DNA of 64,000 nucleotides from a virus, in the IMG/VR virus record IMGVR_UViG_3300024299_000001, positions 67,275 through 131,274 of that record. The stretch is one strand, 5' to 3'. A model generated the notes under the pieces. The model made no database searches and was not told the DNA's origin. It worked only from the letters and a program-made list of their open reading frames with translations. Below, piece after piece: positions 50,623 through 59,304 of this stretch. Within the stretch, counting starts at the first letter, position 1. Every line of letters starts with the position of its first letter. A program made the position numbers and the translations under genes.

Positions 50623-52779
50623 GTGAGAGATTTACAGACGTTAACTTTTCATCCAACTGCTGAAAAGATTGTAGACATACTCTGTAAGAAAACCCAGAAT
50701 ACCAATCCAATGTTCTTCAGAGTATTAATCAGTTATTATCTTGCAAAGATTACAGCTATGATGCGGGTTAAGATTGCTACTCAGGATAGAGGTGAAATAC
50801 CTGTAAATCTGTATGCAATTAATTTAGCGCCCAGTGGACAGGGTAAAGGCCATTCAACTAATATAATTGAAGAGCAGTTAATTGATAAGTTCAGATCAAC
50901 ATTCTTTGATGTAACTGAACCAATTGTATCAGCTGAAAACTTAGCCAAACTGGCAGTAGAACGGGCCTTTGTACATAATGAGGATCCAGATACTGTTGAA
51001 GTGAGAGTTAAATCAGAATTTGCTGCTTTAGGCGCCTTAGCCTTCTCATTTGATTCAGGCACTACTGCTGCTATCAAACAGATGCGGTATAAACTATTAA
51101 TGGGTGGTATTGGTTCAATGAATCTGGAGATAGATGAGATTGGCAGCAATCTATTAGGTAATGCTGATGTACTCTCTTCTTTCCTGGAACTATTTGATGT
51201 TGGTAAAATCAAACAGAAGCTAACCAAAAATACAAAAGAAAACCTTAGAGCAGAAGAGATTGATGGTAGGACGCCTACTAATCTTTTACTATTTGGTACA
51301 CCCAGTAAATTATTAGATGGTGGCCGAACTGAAGCTGAATATGATTCTTTTCTGGAAACCGGTTATGCTCGTAGATGTATCTTTGGTTACACTAAAACAA
51401 CCAAAAAAGACAAAACCTTAACACCTGAACAACGGTATAACTCTTTAACGGATGCTACAATAAGTGATTTTATATCAGATACCTCAATTGCTTTTGGGGA
51501 ACTGGCTAACATAGCCAATTATAATAAAACATTATTGGTATCCAAAAAAGTAAGTATCCTAATTATTGAGTATACCATGTATTGTGAAGATTTAGCTGAA
51601 AAGATGGGTGAGCATGAAGAGACGGCTAAAGCAGAGATGGCTCATCGATACTTTAAAGCCCTTAAGTTAGCTGGCTGTTATGCATTCATTGGTAATGAAG
51701 TAGAAATCACTGAAGATAATTTTTATCATGCAGTTCATATGATCGAAGAATCAGGTAAAGCTTTTAATCGTATGTTAACCCGGGACAGGGCTTATGTAAA
51801 ATTAGCTAAGTATATTGCCAGTATCGGCCGAGAGGTTACTCATGGCGATCTGTTTGAAGACTTGCCATTCTATCGTGGTTCTAATCAAGTAAAACAAGAG
51901 ATGATGCAATATGCTATTGATTGGGGTTATCGTAACCATATCGTAATTAAACATGTTACGAATAATGGTATTGAGTTCATTACAGGCGAGACCCTTAAAA
52001 GAGTTGATTTAGGAGCTTTACGAATTGCTCATAGTGCAGACATCTCAGATAATTATGCAAATGATCCAGCACCATGGGACAAGATGCACATCTTAACTCA
52101 ATTGCCTCATCATAATTGGATCAACCATTTTACCATGAATGGCCATCGAAGTAATGATACCCTTAAGCCAGGCTTTGATTTAATTGTTTTGGATATAGAT
52201 GATAAAGGCGTTACTATTGAAGCAGCTTCAAAATTATTAGAAGACTACAAATTCTTCTTATATACTACAAAACGTCATACACCAGTTCATCATCGATTCA
52301 GAATAATCTTACCAATGAATTACCGGTTAACACTGGACACAGATGATTACAGTGAGTTCATGTGTAATATATTTGAATGGTTACCATTTGATGTGGACAT
52401 CCAGGCAAAAGACAGATGCCGTAAATGGCTAACCCATAAACACTTCTTTACTTACAATACTGGTATTAAATTAATTGATGCCAGATTATTCATTCCTCGA
52501 ACCAGTAAGAATGATGAAAGAAAGAAAACAATTCAAACATACCAGTCTTTAAGTAATATACAGCGTTGGTTTGTACAGAATTCTACTATGGGTGGCCGTA
52601 ACAACCAATTAGTCCGTTATGCTTTAGTTTTAGTGGATATGGGCTATCCAGTAGATATAGTTGAAACCCAGGTTAAGAAACTTAATGCCGGGTTACCTGA
52701 CAGTCTGCCGGATAAAGAAATTGATGATACTATTATGAGAACAGTATCTAAAGCAATTATTAAAAGAGAAAAACCATAA
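50623..52779 (+). CDS. DNA primase-like replication protein (N4 gp42 position)
   Basis: 718 aa with a GTG start after AGGAGG. Has a P-loop-like PSGQGKGHS and a C-terminal LIVLDIDDKG ... HHRFRIILP (DxD primase-polymerase-like). Confidence 0.5.
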   Translation: MRDLQTLTFHPTAEKIVDILCKKTQNTNPMFFRVLISYYLAKITAMMRVKIATQDRGEIPVNLYAINLAPSGQGKGHSTNIIEEQLIDKFRSTFFDVTEPIVSAENLAKLAVERAFVHNEDPDTVEVRVKSEFAALGALAFSFDSGTTAAIKQMRYKLLMGGIGSMNLEIDEIGSNLLGNADVLSSFLELFDVGKIKQKLTKNTKENLRAEEIDGRTPTNLLLFGTPSKLLDGGRTEAEYDSFLETGYARRCIFGYTKTTKKDKTLTPEQRYNSLTDATISDFISDTSIAFGELANIANYNKTLLVSKKVSILIIEYTMYCEDLAEKMGEHEETAKAEMAHRYFKALKLAGCYAFIGNEVEITEDNFYHAVHMIEESGKAFNRMLTRDRAYVKLAKYIASIGREVTHGDLFEDLPFYRGSNQVKQEMMQYAIDWGYRNHIVIKHVTNNGIEFITGETLKRVDLGALRIAHSADISDNYANDPAPWDKMHILTQLPHHNWINHFTMNGHRSNDTLKPGFDLIVLDIDDKGVTIEAASKLLEDYKFFLYTTKRHTPVHHRFRIILPMNYRLTLDTDDYSEFMCNIFEWLPFDVDIQAKDRCRKWLTHKHFFTYNTGIKLIDARLFIPRTSKNDERKKTIQTYQSLSNIQRWFVQNSTMGGRNNQLVRYALVLVDMGYPVDIVETQVKKLNAGLPDSLPDKEIDDTIMRTVSKAIIKREKP

Positions 52780-52798
52780 ACTATAAAGGAGGTTAAGT

Positions 52799-52915
52799 GT
52801 GGTCGATCAAAATGATAATCTTGTATTAATTGTTGGTTCAAGTGGTGGTGGTAAATCAGCATCATTACGGGATATTAAAGATCCCCAAAATGTATATTAC
52901 TTCAATTGTGAAGCT
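52799..52915 (+). CDS. AAA_24/RecA-like ATPase, exon 1 (39 codons; below track cutoff; N4 gp44 position)
   Basis: GTG start 5 nt after AAGGAGG; VVDQNDNLVLIVGSSGGGKSASLRDIKDPQNVYYFNCEA (Walker A). Confidence 0.7.
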
Positions 52916-53843
52916 AAATAATTGGCTTCGTTAAACCCATTGAATTGCTGGAAACCCCAAACAAATAATGTTGTGGGCAATCAGCAGCGAAGACTTAACG
53001 TGTCTTGACAGAGCAGTTTAAATATGGTACTTTGAACAACTTCTCAATTAAATAAAGGAGAAATTGTATGAAAGAATACATAGAAGAAACTGAAACTGGA
53101 ATTTACAGAATAACCGAAAGAGGTAAGATCTTTTCCCAAAGTAAGCTTAAAATACCTATTGTGGGAAAAGGTATGCAACATACAGGAAAATTCCACATGA
53201 TAACAAAACCTGAAAGGGAACTAACATATACTCTCAATAATAGAGGGTATTTATCAGTAGGAATTATGAAAAAAACTTTTATGGTGCATAGATTAATCGC
53301 TAAAGTATTTGTAATTAATCCGTGTAATAAGCCTCAAGTGAACCATATTGATGGTAACAAACTAAATAATTGCGCTTTAAACTTGGAATGGTGTACAGCC
53401 CAAGAAAATATCCAACATGCTTATAGAATTGGTATAAATAAAGGATGTCTTGGGCTAAAACGCATATATAGTAGTGCCCAAATTAAAGCTAAATGTCTTG
53501 CAAATTTAAAGAATAAATCTAAACTGACTCCTGATGAAGTCAAATATGTTAGAAAAGTATATATTGCAAGAGATAAAAATTTTAGTTGTACTGCATTAGC
53601 TACACAATTTAATGTTAGTATCGCCGCCATGAGTAAAATTGTAAAAAGACAGTCCTATCAACACATTAAGTAACGTTCAACGACTATCGAAAGCATCTTA
53701 TATAAGATAAGCAAGTAGAGTACACCCAAGTGGGTGGAAGCGGTGGGACGTAGAAATACGTATGATATAGTCTACTCTCATATGAAAGTATGAGCAGAGT
53801 TAAAAGCTCGATATTAGCGTAACGAACTAATATGAATATAAGG
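52916..53843 (+). mobile_element. Group I intron carrying an HNH homing endonuclease gene
   Basis: The exon end GAAGCU pairs with intron GGCUUC 8 nt downstream, giving a 6-bp P1 with terminal U.G. The intron ends in G. Splicing gives NCEA-NKKLPF. Shares 5' core motifs with the intron at 38241 and 3' core motifs with the intron at 33117. Confidence 0.75.
53068..53673 (+). CDS. HNH homing endonuclease (I-HmuI-like) with C-terminal HTH
   Basis: GIYRITERGKIFS, VHRLIAKVFVINP.NKPQVNHIDGNKLNN..NLEWCTAQEN. Confidence 0.8.
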   Translation: MKEYIEETETGIYRITERGKIFSQSKLKIPIVGKGMQHTGKFHMITKPERELTYTLNNRGYLSVGIMKKTFMVHRLIAKVFVINPCNKPQVNHIDGNKLNNCALNLEWCTAQENIQHAYRIGINKGCLGLKRIYSSAQIKAKCLANLKNKSKLTPDEVKYVRKVYIARDKNFSCTALATQFNVSIAAMSKIVKRQSYQHIK

Positions 53844-54458
53844 AATAAAAAATTACCATTTCCAGCTAAATTTCAACAGTTTAATATTACCAATCCTTAC
53901 CAGGTTCATGAGGGATTAGTACATGCTGAATCCAAACCTGATATTCATACTATTGTAATTGATAGTTTAACCTTTTTAATGGATATGTGTGAGTTACAGT
54001 TTATTCTGGATGACCGGATAACTGATACAATGAAAGGATGGGCCGAATACCAAAAATTCTTTAAAAAACTTATGCAGGAACATGTTGCAAAGTCTACAAA
54101 GAATATCATATTCACAGCCCATGTTCAGTCAATCCTTAATGAGACAGATATGGTTCTTGAGAAAAAGGTACCTATTAAGGGTGCTTTAAAAGCAAATGGT
54201 GTTGAGGCTTATTTCAGTACTATTGTGAGCGCACGAACCATAACGGTAAATAAACTGACAAACTTTAAGAATCCACTACTTACTGTTACACCTGAAGAAG
54301 AAACTTTAGGATTTAAGTATGTATACCAAACCCAATTAACCAAAGAAACGGTCAATGAAAGGATCCGTGCCAGTATGGGTATGTGGACCCAACAAGAAAC
54401 TTTCATTGATAACAATGCACAATTTTTAATGGATCGATTACATAAATACTATGTGTAA
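53844..54458 (+). CDS. AAA_24/RecA-like ATPase, exon 2
   Basis: Walker B IVIDSLTFLMD. The track ORF 53832..54458 starts 12 nt inside the intron. Confidence 0.7.
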   Translation, partial: NKKLPFPAKFQQFNITNPYQVHEGLVHAESKPDIHTIVIDSLTFLMDMCELQFILDDRITDTMKGWAEYQKFFKKLMQEHVAKSTKNIIFTAHVQSILNETDMVLEKKVPIKGALKANGVEAYFSTIVSARTITVNKLTNFKNPLLTVTPEEETLGFKYVYQTQLTKETVNERIRASMGMWTQQETFIDNNAQFLMDRLHKYYV

Positions 54459-54490
54459 TTGATTTTAATTTTTAACAAGGAGAATACCGT

Positions 54491-55243
54491 ATGAGTTTAC
54501 TTGATCAACTAACAACTGATGACAAAGACATCCAGCAAGAAACTGATTCCGTTGGAACCAGTTTTTCACCCTTAGAGAGTGGTCTATATCTGCTGAAGGT
54601 TATATTTGCTTATATCACCATCTCAGCAGGTGAAGCCATGGCCCTAAACATTCTGTTTGAGACCCCAACTAAACAGAGAATCAGACAGCAGTTCTGGATG
54701 ACTTCCGGCAAGGACAAAGGTAAGAAGAATTTCTATATCAACAAGAAGACTAAAGAAAAACACTACTTACCTGGTTTTAACCAAGCTAATGGTATTGCCC
54801 TGCTGACTTGCAACAAAGGCATTAACCAGATGGTAACTGAAACCAAAACCATTAATCTCTATGATTATGATCAGAAAAAAGAAGTACCAAAAGACGTTGA
54901 CATGATTGTAGAGCTGATTGACAAAGAAATTACTGCCGGTGTCATTAAACAGATTGTTGATAAAAATGTTCAAAATGATACTGGAGCATATGTACCTTCC
55001 GGTGAGACCCGAGTTGAAAATGAAGTAGATAAGCTTTTCCATACTGATGGCCGTACCATTACTGAAATCCGGGCTAAAAAACCAGCTACTTTTAAAGATA
55101 CCTGGCTTGAACGTTGGGAAGGAAAAGTTAAAGACAAATCTGCAGCTAAAGCAGGAGTAGTTAGTGGGGCCCCTAAAGCCAATAAAGTCCAGACTGCTAC
55201 TGGTGGAACCACTGCTAAAGCAGATTCACTCTTCCAGGATTAG
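54491..55243 (+). CDS. Single-stranded DNA-binding protein (N4 gp45 position)
   Basis: 250 aa. Called on synteny after the ATPase, the flexible Gly/Ala/Thr C-terminal region and the tail ..KADSLFQD. Confidence 0.5.
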   Translation: MSLLDQLTTDDKDIQQETDSVGTSFSPLESGLYLLKVIFAYITISAGEAMALNILFETPTKQRIRQQFWMTSGKDKGKKNFYINKKTKEKHYLPGFNQANGIALLTCNKGINQMVTETKTINLYDYDQKKEVPKDVDMIVELIDKEITAGVIKQIVDKNVQNDTGAYVPSGETRVENEVDKLFHTDGRTITEIRAKKPATFKDTWLERWEGKVKDKSAAKAGVVSGAPKANKVQTATGGTTAKADSLFQD

Positions 55244-55316
55244 TTTTTAAATTACCAAAGGTCCTATTAAACAGTAGGGCCTTTATCATTAATTCATATT
55301 ATAAGGAGATTAAAAT

Positions 55317-55691
55317 ATGGAAATCAGTATTAACGAGGACAAGATCCTTAAAACCATTAAAAAGCATGGTGGTGCTATCATTGAAGCTGGGATTATTCAG
55401 GCCATTAAAGACTATGCTGGCAATGTAGTCAGTGACAGTCTTATTGAAGGACCGACTACTGTTGGTGGTGCAATTGCTGAACATGTAGGACCTGAAGTTA
55501 AACCAATGCCAGCCAAGCCTAAACGTAAAAGACGTTCTCAGGCTGAAATGAAAGCAGATGCTGCAGCTAAACAAAAAGCTGAAGAAGAAGATAACGCTGA
55601 AGAACCAAACAGTGATCCAGTGGTTGAAGAAACCCCAGTGCCTCAGACACCTACTGTTGGTACAGGTGTTGATTCATTGTTTAATACTTAA
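55317..55691 (+). CDS. Hypothetical acidic/Lys-rich protein with an SSB-like C-terminal tail
   Basis: Ends ..GTGVDSLFNT. Confidence 0.3.
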   Translation: MEISINEDKILKTIKKHGGAIIEAGIIQAIKDYAGNVVSDSLIEGPTTVGGAIAEHVGPEVKPMPAKPKRKRRSQAEMKADAAAKQKAEEEDNAEEPNSDPVVEETPVPQTPTVGTGVDSLFNT

Positions 55692-55693
55692 TT

Positions 55694-55858
55694 ATGTGGA
55701 AACTCTGGGATGATGTTAAAATCATTGGGAGTTTGATATTAGTTGCTTTTTTTGGTTTCCTATTCTTATTAAGTGTTCCACTTATAATTATATTTGGTAT
55801 TAGTCTTGCTTTAGGTTTTATTGGCTGGATCCTATTTACTGATAAACCACTCCCATAA
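55694..55858 (+). CDS. Small membrane protein (54 aa, below track cutoff)
   Basis: MWKLWDDVKIIGSLILVAFFGFLFLLSVPLIIIFGISLALGFIGWILF.. Confidence 0.35.
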   Translation: MWKLWDDVKIIGSLILVAFFGFLFLLSVPLIIIFGISLALGFIGWILFTDKPLP

Positions 55859-55879
55859 CAATTAATTAACTAATCAAAT

Positions 55880-55908
55880 GATCCCCTTGAAATATAGGGG
55901 ATCTATTT
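55880..55908 (+). terminator. Terminator-like hairpin GATCCCC/GGGGATC
   Basis: 7-bp stem, then TATTT. Confidence 0.35.
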
Positions 55909-55923
55909 AAAAAAGGAGTACCA

Positions 55924-56112
55924 ATGGCTAAAATTCAAAGAGAACCTATCCCATTTATTCCATATATTTTAACTATTGAGTCACAAAAAGAACATGATTT
56001 CTTAGAAGGTTTATTTTATGCCAGTGAAGGAGAAGCAAAAGAAAGATGTCGAAATTTTGATTCTACTCTTGATAAAGAATTCCATGCACTTATTAAATCA
56101 ATGGAGAAATAA
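55924..56112 (+). CDS. Hypothetical small protein
   Basis: 62-aa ORF. Confidence 0.3.
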   Translation: MAKIQREPIPFIPYILTIESQKEHDFLEGLFYASEGEAKERCRNFDSTLDKEFHALIKSMEK

Positions 56113-57410
56113 TGGAAACTGTTACTTATTTAATTCAAAAGAATACCAATGGTAAAATTAAATTTATCCAATTTGCTCTTAATGGTGCAACGTTAACCCG
56201 GGAATGGGGTTTAATTGGTGGTGTAGCTCAAGGTACTGTTAACACCTATGAAGCAATTAATGTTGGCAAAGCTAATGAGCAATCACCTGAAGAAGCTGCA
56301 GAGGCTAAATACAAATATATCTGGGATAAAAAAATTAAAGAAGGTTATGTACCCACCCCATCTTTAGATGCTATCCCAGCACTACCTGATTTCTTATCTG
56401 AACTTGACCTGGATAATATTCCTAAATCTTTCTGTCTTTCCAAACCAACTGCAAAGATATCTGATGCAGCAATGGGTACCCTATTGGCTTCAGGCCATGC
56501 CAGAATATTTATAAAGTATAACGGCGGATGCCATTATGTTGTTATTGGTTCAAAAGGCAATGTCGAAATATACACCAGGCGCTGGGATAACCATACAGCT
56601 AAGTATCCTAAAATAGTACAAACAATTTTAGATGAAAAATATCCTCCTAACTCTTTATTTGCAGTTGAATTATGTATTGATCCATTATTGAATCTACCTC
56701 ACATGACATGTCTTAAGAATGCAAGTAAGGTAGCCAAAACGAATAATAGCGGGGGAACTCTTAAAGCAGACTTGACCAAGAGCCATGCACTGCAAGAGAA
56801 CCCGCTATATTCTATTAAAGCTGCAGTGTTTGGAATCCTTTATTATAATGGTGCTCAACTTTGGAACCAACCATATGAAATTATGTTAAAATTAATTGAA
56901 AAGATTGTTCCACTACTCAGTACTCAGCAATTAATATTTCAACCACAAAATATTGGTCTGAATACAGTTAAAGCTGTTATTGATGCAGCTACTGCTAATC
57001 AAAAATTAATTGAAGGTTTTGTTATCTGGGATACTACTAAAGCCATGGAAGTTACCATGAATGGTAAACCGGTCAGAAGAGCTGCATACAAAATCAAAAT
57101 TAAAAATGAAAAGGATGTGATAGCTTATGGTTGGGAAAACGCTAATAACAAACCTGCTGGTATTATTGGGGCCCTTAAAATTTGTCAATATGACGCCAAA
57201 GGTAATATGGTTGATCTTGGTACTGTTGGAGGTCTCAAACCAAAAGAAGGAGAGACCGACCCAGCTAACTGGAGCTTCCCCTGTGTCATCGAAGTTGGCT
57301 ATGATAATCGGTTCCCTGAAACGGGCAGATTCCAATTTGGGCATTTTAACAAAGTACATGAAGACAAAGTTCCGGAAGAAGTAGAAATCTTTGACTTAAA
57401 AGAACTGTAA
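56112..57410 (+). CDS. ATP-dependent DNA-ligase-like nucleotidyltransferase with N-terminal WGR domain
   Basis: WGR region: LTREWGLIGG...KIKEGYV. Ligase motifs: I is IKYNGG, III is FAVELCI, IIIa is VFGILYYNG, IV is EGFVIWD, V is AAYKIKIK. Confidence 0.6.
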   Translation: METVTYLIQKNTNGKIKFIQFALNGATLTREWGLIGGVAQGTVNTYEAINVGKANEQSPEEAAEAKYKYIWDKKIKEGYVPTPSLDAIPALPDFLSELDLDNIPKSFCLSKPTAKISDAAMGTLLASGHARIFIKYNGGCHYVVIGSKGNVEIYTRRWDNHTAKYPKIVQTILDEKYPPNSLFAVELCIDPLLNLPHMTCLKNASKVAKTNNSGGTLKADLTKSHALQENPLYSIKAAVFGILYYNGAQLWNQPYEIMLKLIEKIVPLLSTQQLIFQPQNIGLNTVKAVIDAATANQKLIEGFVIWDTTKAMEVTMNGKPVRRAAYKIKIKNEKDVIAYGWENANNKPAGIIGALKICQYDAKGNMVDLGTVGGLKPKEGETDPANWSFPCVIEVGYDNRFPETGRFQFGHFNKVHEDKVPEEVEIFDLKEL

Positions 57411-57634
57411 TGAATAAAAATGGTCCTATAAGTGCAACTGCTTTGAATGCTGGAGTAACTTCAAGAAATGCTATTACAATAGCTACAGCTGTAGCAAGTA
57501 GTGATGCAGTTCTTGACTTACAGGAACGGGTAGCTAAACTTGAACAGGCACTCACTGCTAAAATTAGTGAATTGGTTCAAAATGATCCAGACTTTAAAAT
57601 GATTAAATTACTGTTTCAAAAAGGAGAGCTATGA
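57410..57634 (+). CDS. Hypothetical protein; paralog of 57859..58107
   Basis: Shared C-terminal motif NDP(D/E)FKM(I/V)KLL. Confidence 0.3.
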   Translation: MNKNGPISATALNAGVTSRNAITIATAVASSDAVLDLQERVAKLEQALTAKISELVQNDPDFKMIKLLFQKGEL

Positions 57635-57849
57635 AATCAGAAGATTTTATAAAAATAGTTAATACACACAGAAGAAAGAATAAGAACACTTGGTATTCTT
57701 TTAATGAAATTGTGGAAAATAAAAAGGTTAAATTATCAGGTTATAATACTTGGTTGCGTACTTATTTAGTTGATGGTACGGTCTATTCAGGTCTTCATGG
57801 TTTGTCAGTGAAAGAATTTAAAGAAGAATTATCCCAACCTTTTAGGTAA
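57631..57849 (+). CDS. Hypothetical protein
   Basis: 72-aa ORF. Confidence 0.3.
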   Translation: MKSEDFIKIVNTHRRKNKNTWYSFNEIVENKKVKLSGYNTWLRTYLVDGTVYSGLHGLSVKEFKEELSQPFR

Positions 57850-57858
57850 GGAATTGTA

Positions 57859-58107
57859 ATGACTGATCTTAATGAAATCTGTACTTATATACATATGTCT
57901 TTAACAGAATTAGGTGCACACGTACAAGCATTAGTGGTGGCATTAGAGGAGCAACAAAATAAAAATAAAGCTGAAATGAATGTCTTACGTGCAGATCTTA
58001 AACTTCAGATCCAAGAAACTATAAGAAATGACCCAGAATTTAAAATGGTTAAATTATTACTAAATAAGGAGACCTATAAAAATGAACCAAAAAGAAAAAG
58101 ATCCTAA
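57859..58107 (+). CDS. Hypothetical protein; paralog of 57410..57634
   Basis: Shared C-terminal motif. Confidence 0.3.
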   Translation: MTDLNEICTYIHMSLTELGAHVQALVVALEEQQNKNKAEMNVLRADLKLQIQETIRNDPEFKMVKLLLNKETYKNEPKRKRS

Positions 58108-58558
58108 TAACATTGATCAACATGATCCAGGTGCTAAACTAGACCAAGGTAAATTATTGGCTGGAATACTTCAACAATTTTCATTAGCCCTTACTGCAGT
58201 TCTGGAGGTAGCCACCTTTGGTGCAAATAAGTACAGCAGAGGGGGCTGGAAACACGTCAAGAATGGCCAAGAAAGATATTCTGATGCTATGATACGCCAT
58301 TACCTCAAAGAGGCCTTAGAACCGCTTGATCTGGATTCAGGGTTACTGCATGAAGCCCACCTTGCATGGAATGCTTTGGCTCGACTTGAACTTAAGTTAC
58401 AAGAGATAGGCCAAAAGGCTACTTTATTTGATTCTTCTTGTACCTTCAGTCATAAATGTGCTCTTATAGGTATGGGCTGCTATTCTGGTGGTAAACATTA
58501 TTTTACAACTAAAGCTGAAGCTGATATTAGAGCAGAGCAGGTAACTAATGAAAAGTAG
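58082..58558 (+). CDS. DUF5664-like (dATP/dGTP diphosphohydrolase N-terminal-like) domain protein
   Basis: LDQGKLLAG..ALTAVLEVATFGANKYSRGGWKHV...RYSDAMIRHYL...DSGLLHEAHLAWNALARLE. Confidence 0.5.
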   Translation: MNQKEKDPNNIDQHDPGAKLDQGKLLAGILQQFSLALTAVLEVATFGANKYSRGGWKHVKNGQERYSDAMIRHYLKEALEPLDLDSGLLHEAHLAWNALARLELKLQEIGQKATLFDSSCTFSHKCALIGMGCYSGGKHYFTTKAEADIRAEQVTNEK

Positions 58559-58736
58559 CAAAGAGTGGGAACGCGTTCAACGGATGCGAAGAGAGCATGA
58601 TCCATTAGTTAAAGGTGGTCATTACCATGAAGTACCAGACTTTGGTGCTTACGATGGTACTGGTAAAGGGATGCCAAATCATAATAAAAAGAAAGCCCTT
58701 AAACCAAAGAAATCATATTACAAGAAAAAGAAATGA
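58548..58736 (+). CDS. Hypothetical basic small protein
   Basis: 62-aa ORF. Confidence 0.3.
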   Translation: MKSSKEWERVQRMRREHDPLVKGGHYHEVPDFGAYDGTGKGMPNHNKKKALKPKKSYYKKKK

Positions 58737-58912
58737 ATAAATTATTTATTATATTTTTGGTTCTATTACTTTCAGCCTGTAATCAGGTTAAAACAACTGA
58801 ACCAGAAGAAAAGAAATACTGGCATGAGTTGAGGAAGAAATATGTTCCTTTAAGATCTTCAGCAATCATAAAACATATTAAACGACATCCAGGATTAAAG
58901 GAGAAAATATGA
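58733..58912 (+). CDS. Small lipoprotein (59 aa, below track cutoff); possible outer-membrane spanin component
   Basis: MNKLFIIFLVLLLSAC with lipobox LSAC; start overlaps the upstream stop. Confidence 0.45.
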   Translation: MNKLFIIFLVLLLSACNQVKTTEPEEKKYWHELRKKYVPLRSSAIIKHIKRHPGLKEKI

Positions 58913-59304
58913 GATCACCAACTGGTTCAAATGAAATAAGAATGGATTTAATGGGTAGTGGTGTATATGGTGCTCCCAGAGGCCACAGAAAGCATTTAGG
59001 GACTGATTATACTGTTATTCCGGGCGCAGCAATAGTAGCGCCTATCTCAGGTGAAATAACCCGTGTAGCAGTACCTTACGTGGGACAGGAGTATAGTGGC
59101 CTGGTTATTGCCAGTAAAGCCATGACAGTTAAGTTATTTTACTTTAAACCACTATCAGAAATTGTTGGGAATAATGTACGAGAGGGAATGGTTATTGGGT
59201 TTGCTCAAGATATTTCAAAGATGCATGGGGAAGACATGCTCCCCCATATACACCTTCAAATAGATAGAATCAGTCAGAATCCGGCAGATTGGATAAATCT
59301 TTAG
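58909..59304 (+). CDS. M23-family (LytM-like) metallopeptidase
   Basis: HRKHLGTDY (HxxxD), APISGEIT, LPHIHLQI (HxH). Confidence 0.75.
   Translation: MRSPTGSNEIRMDLMGSGVYGAPRGHRKHLGTDYTVIPGAAIVAPISGEITRVAVPYVGQEYSGLVIASKAMTVKLFYFKPLSEIVGNNVREGMVIGFAQDISKMHGEDMLPHIHLQIDRISQNPADWINL

Noticed and set aside
32932-54458. Stop-codon reassignment, programmed frameshifting or inteins as the explanation for the split ATPase, helicase and AAA_24 genes
   Set aside because: All other genes read cleanly with the standard code. The inserts contain many stops in all frames plus complete endonuclease genes. Two inserts have canonical P1 (U.G) and terminal G. No intein blocks (C/S...HN-C/S/T) are present.
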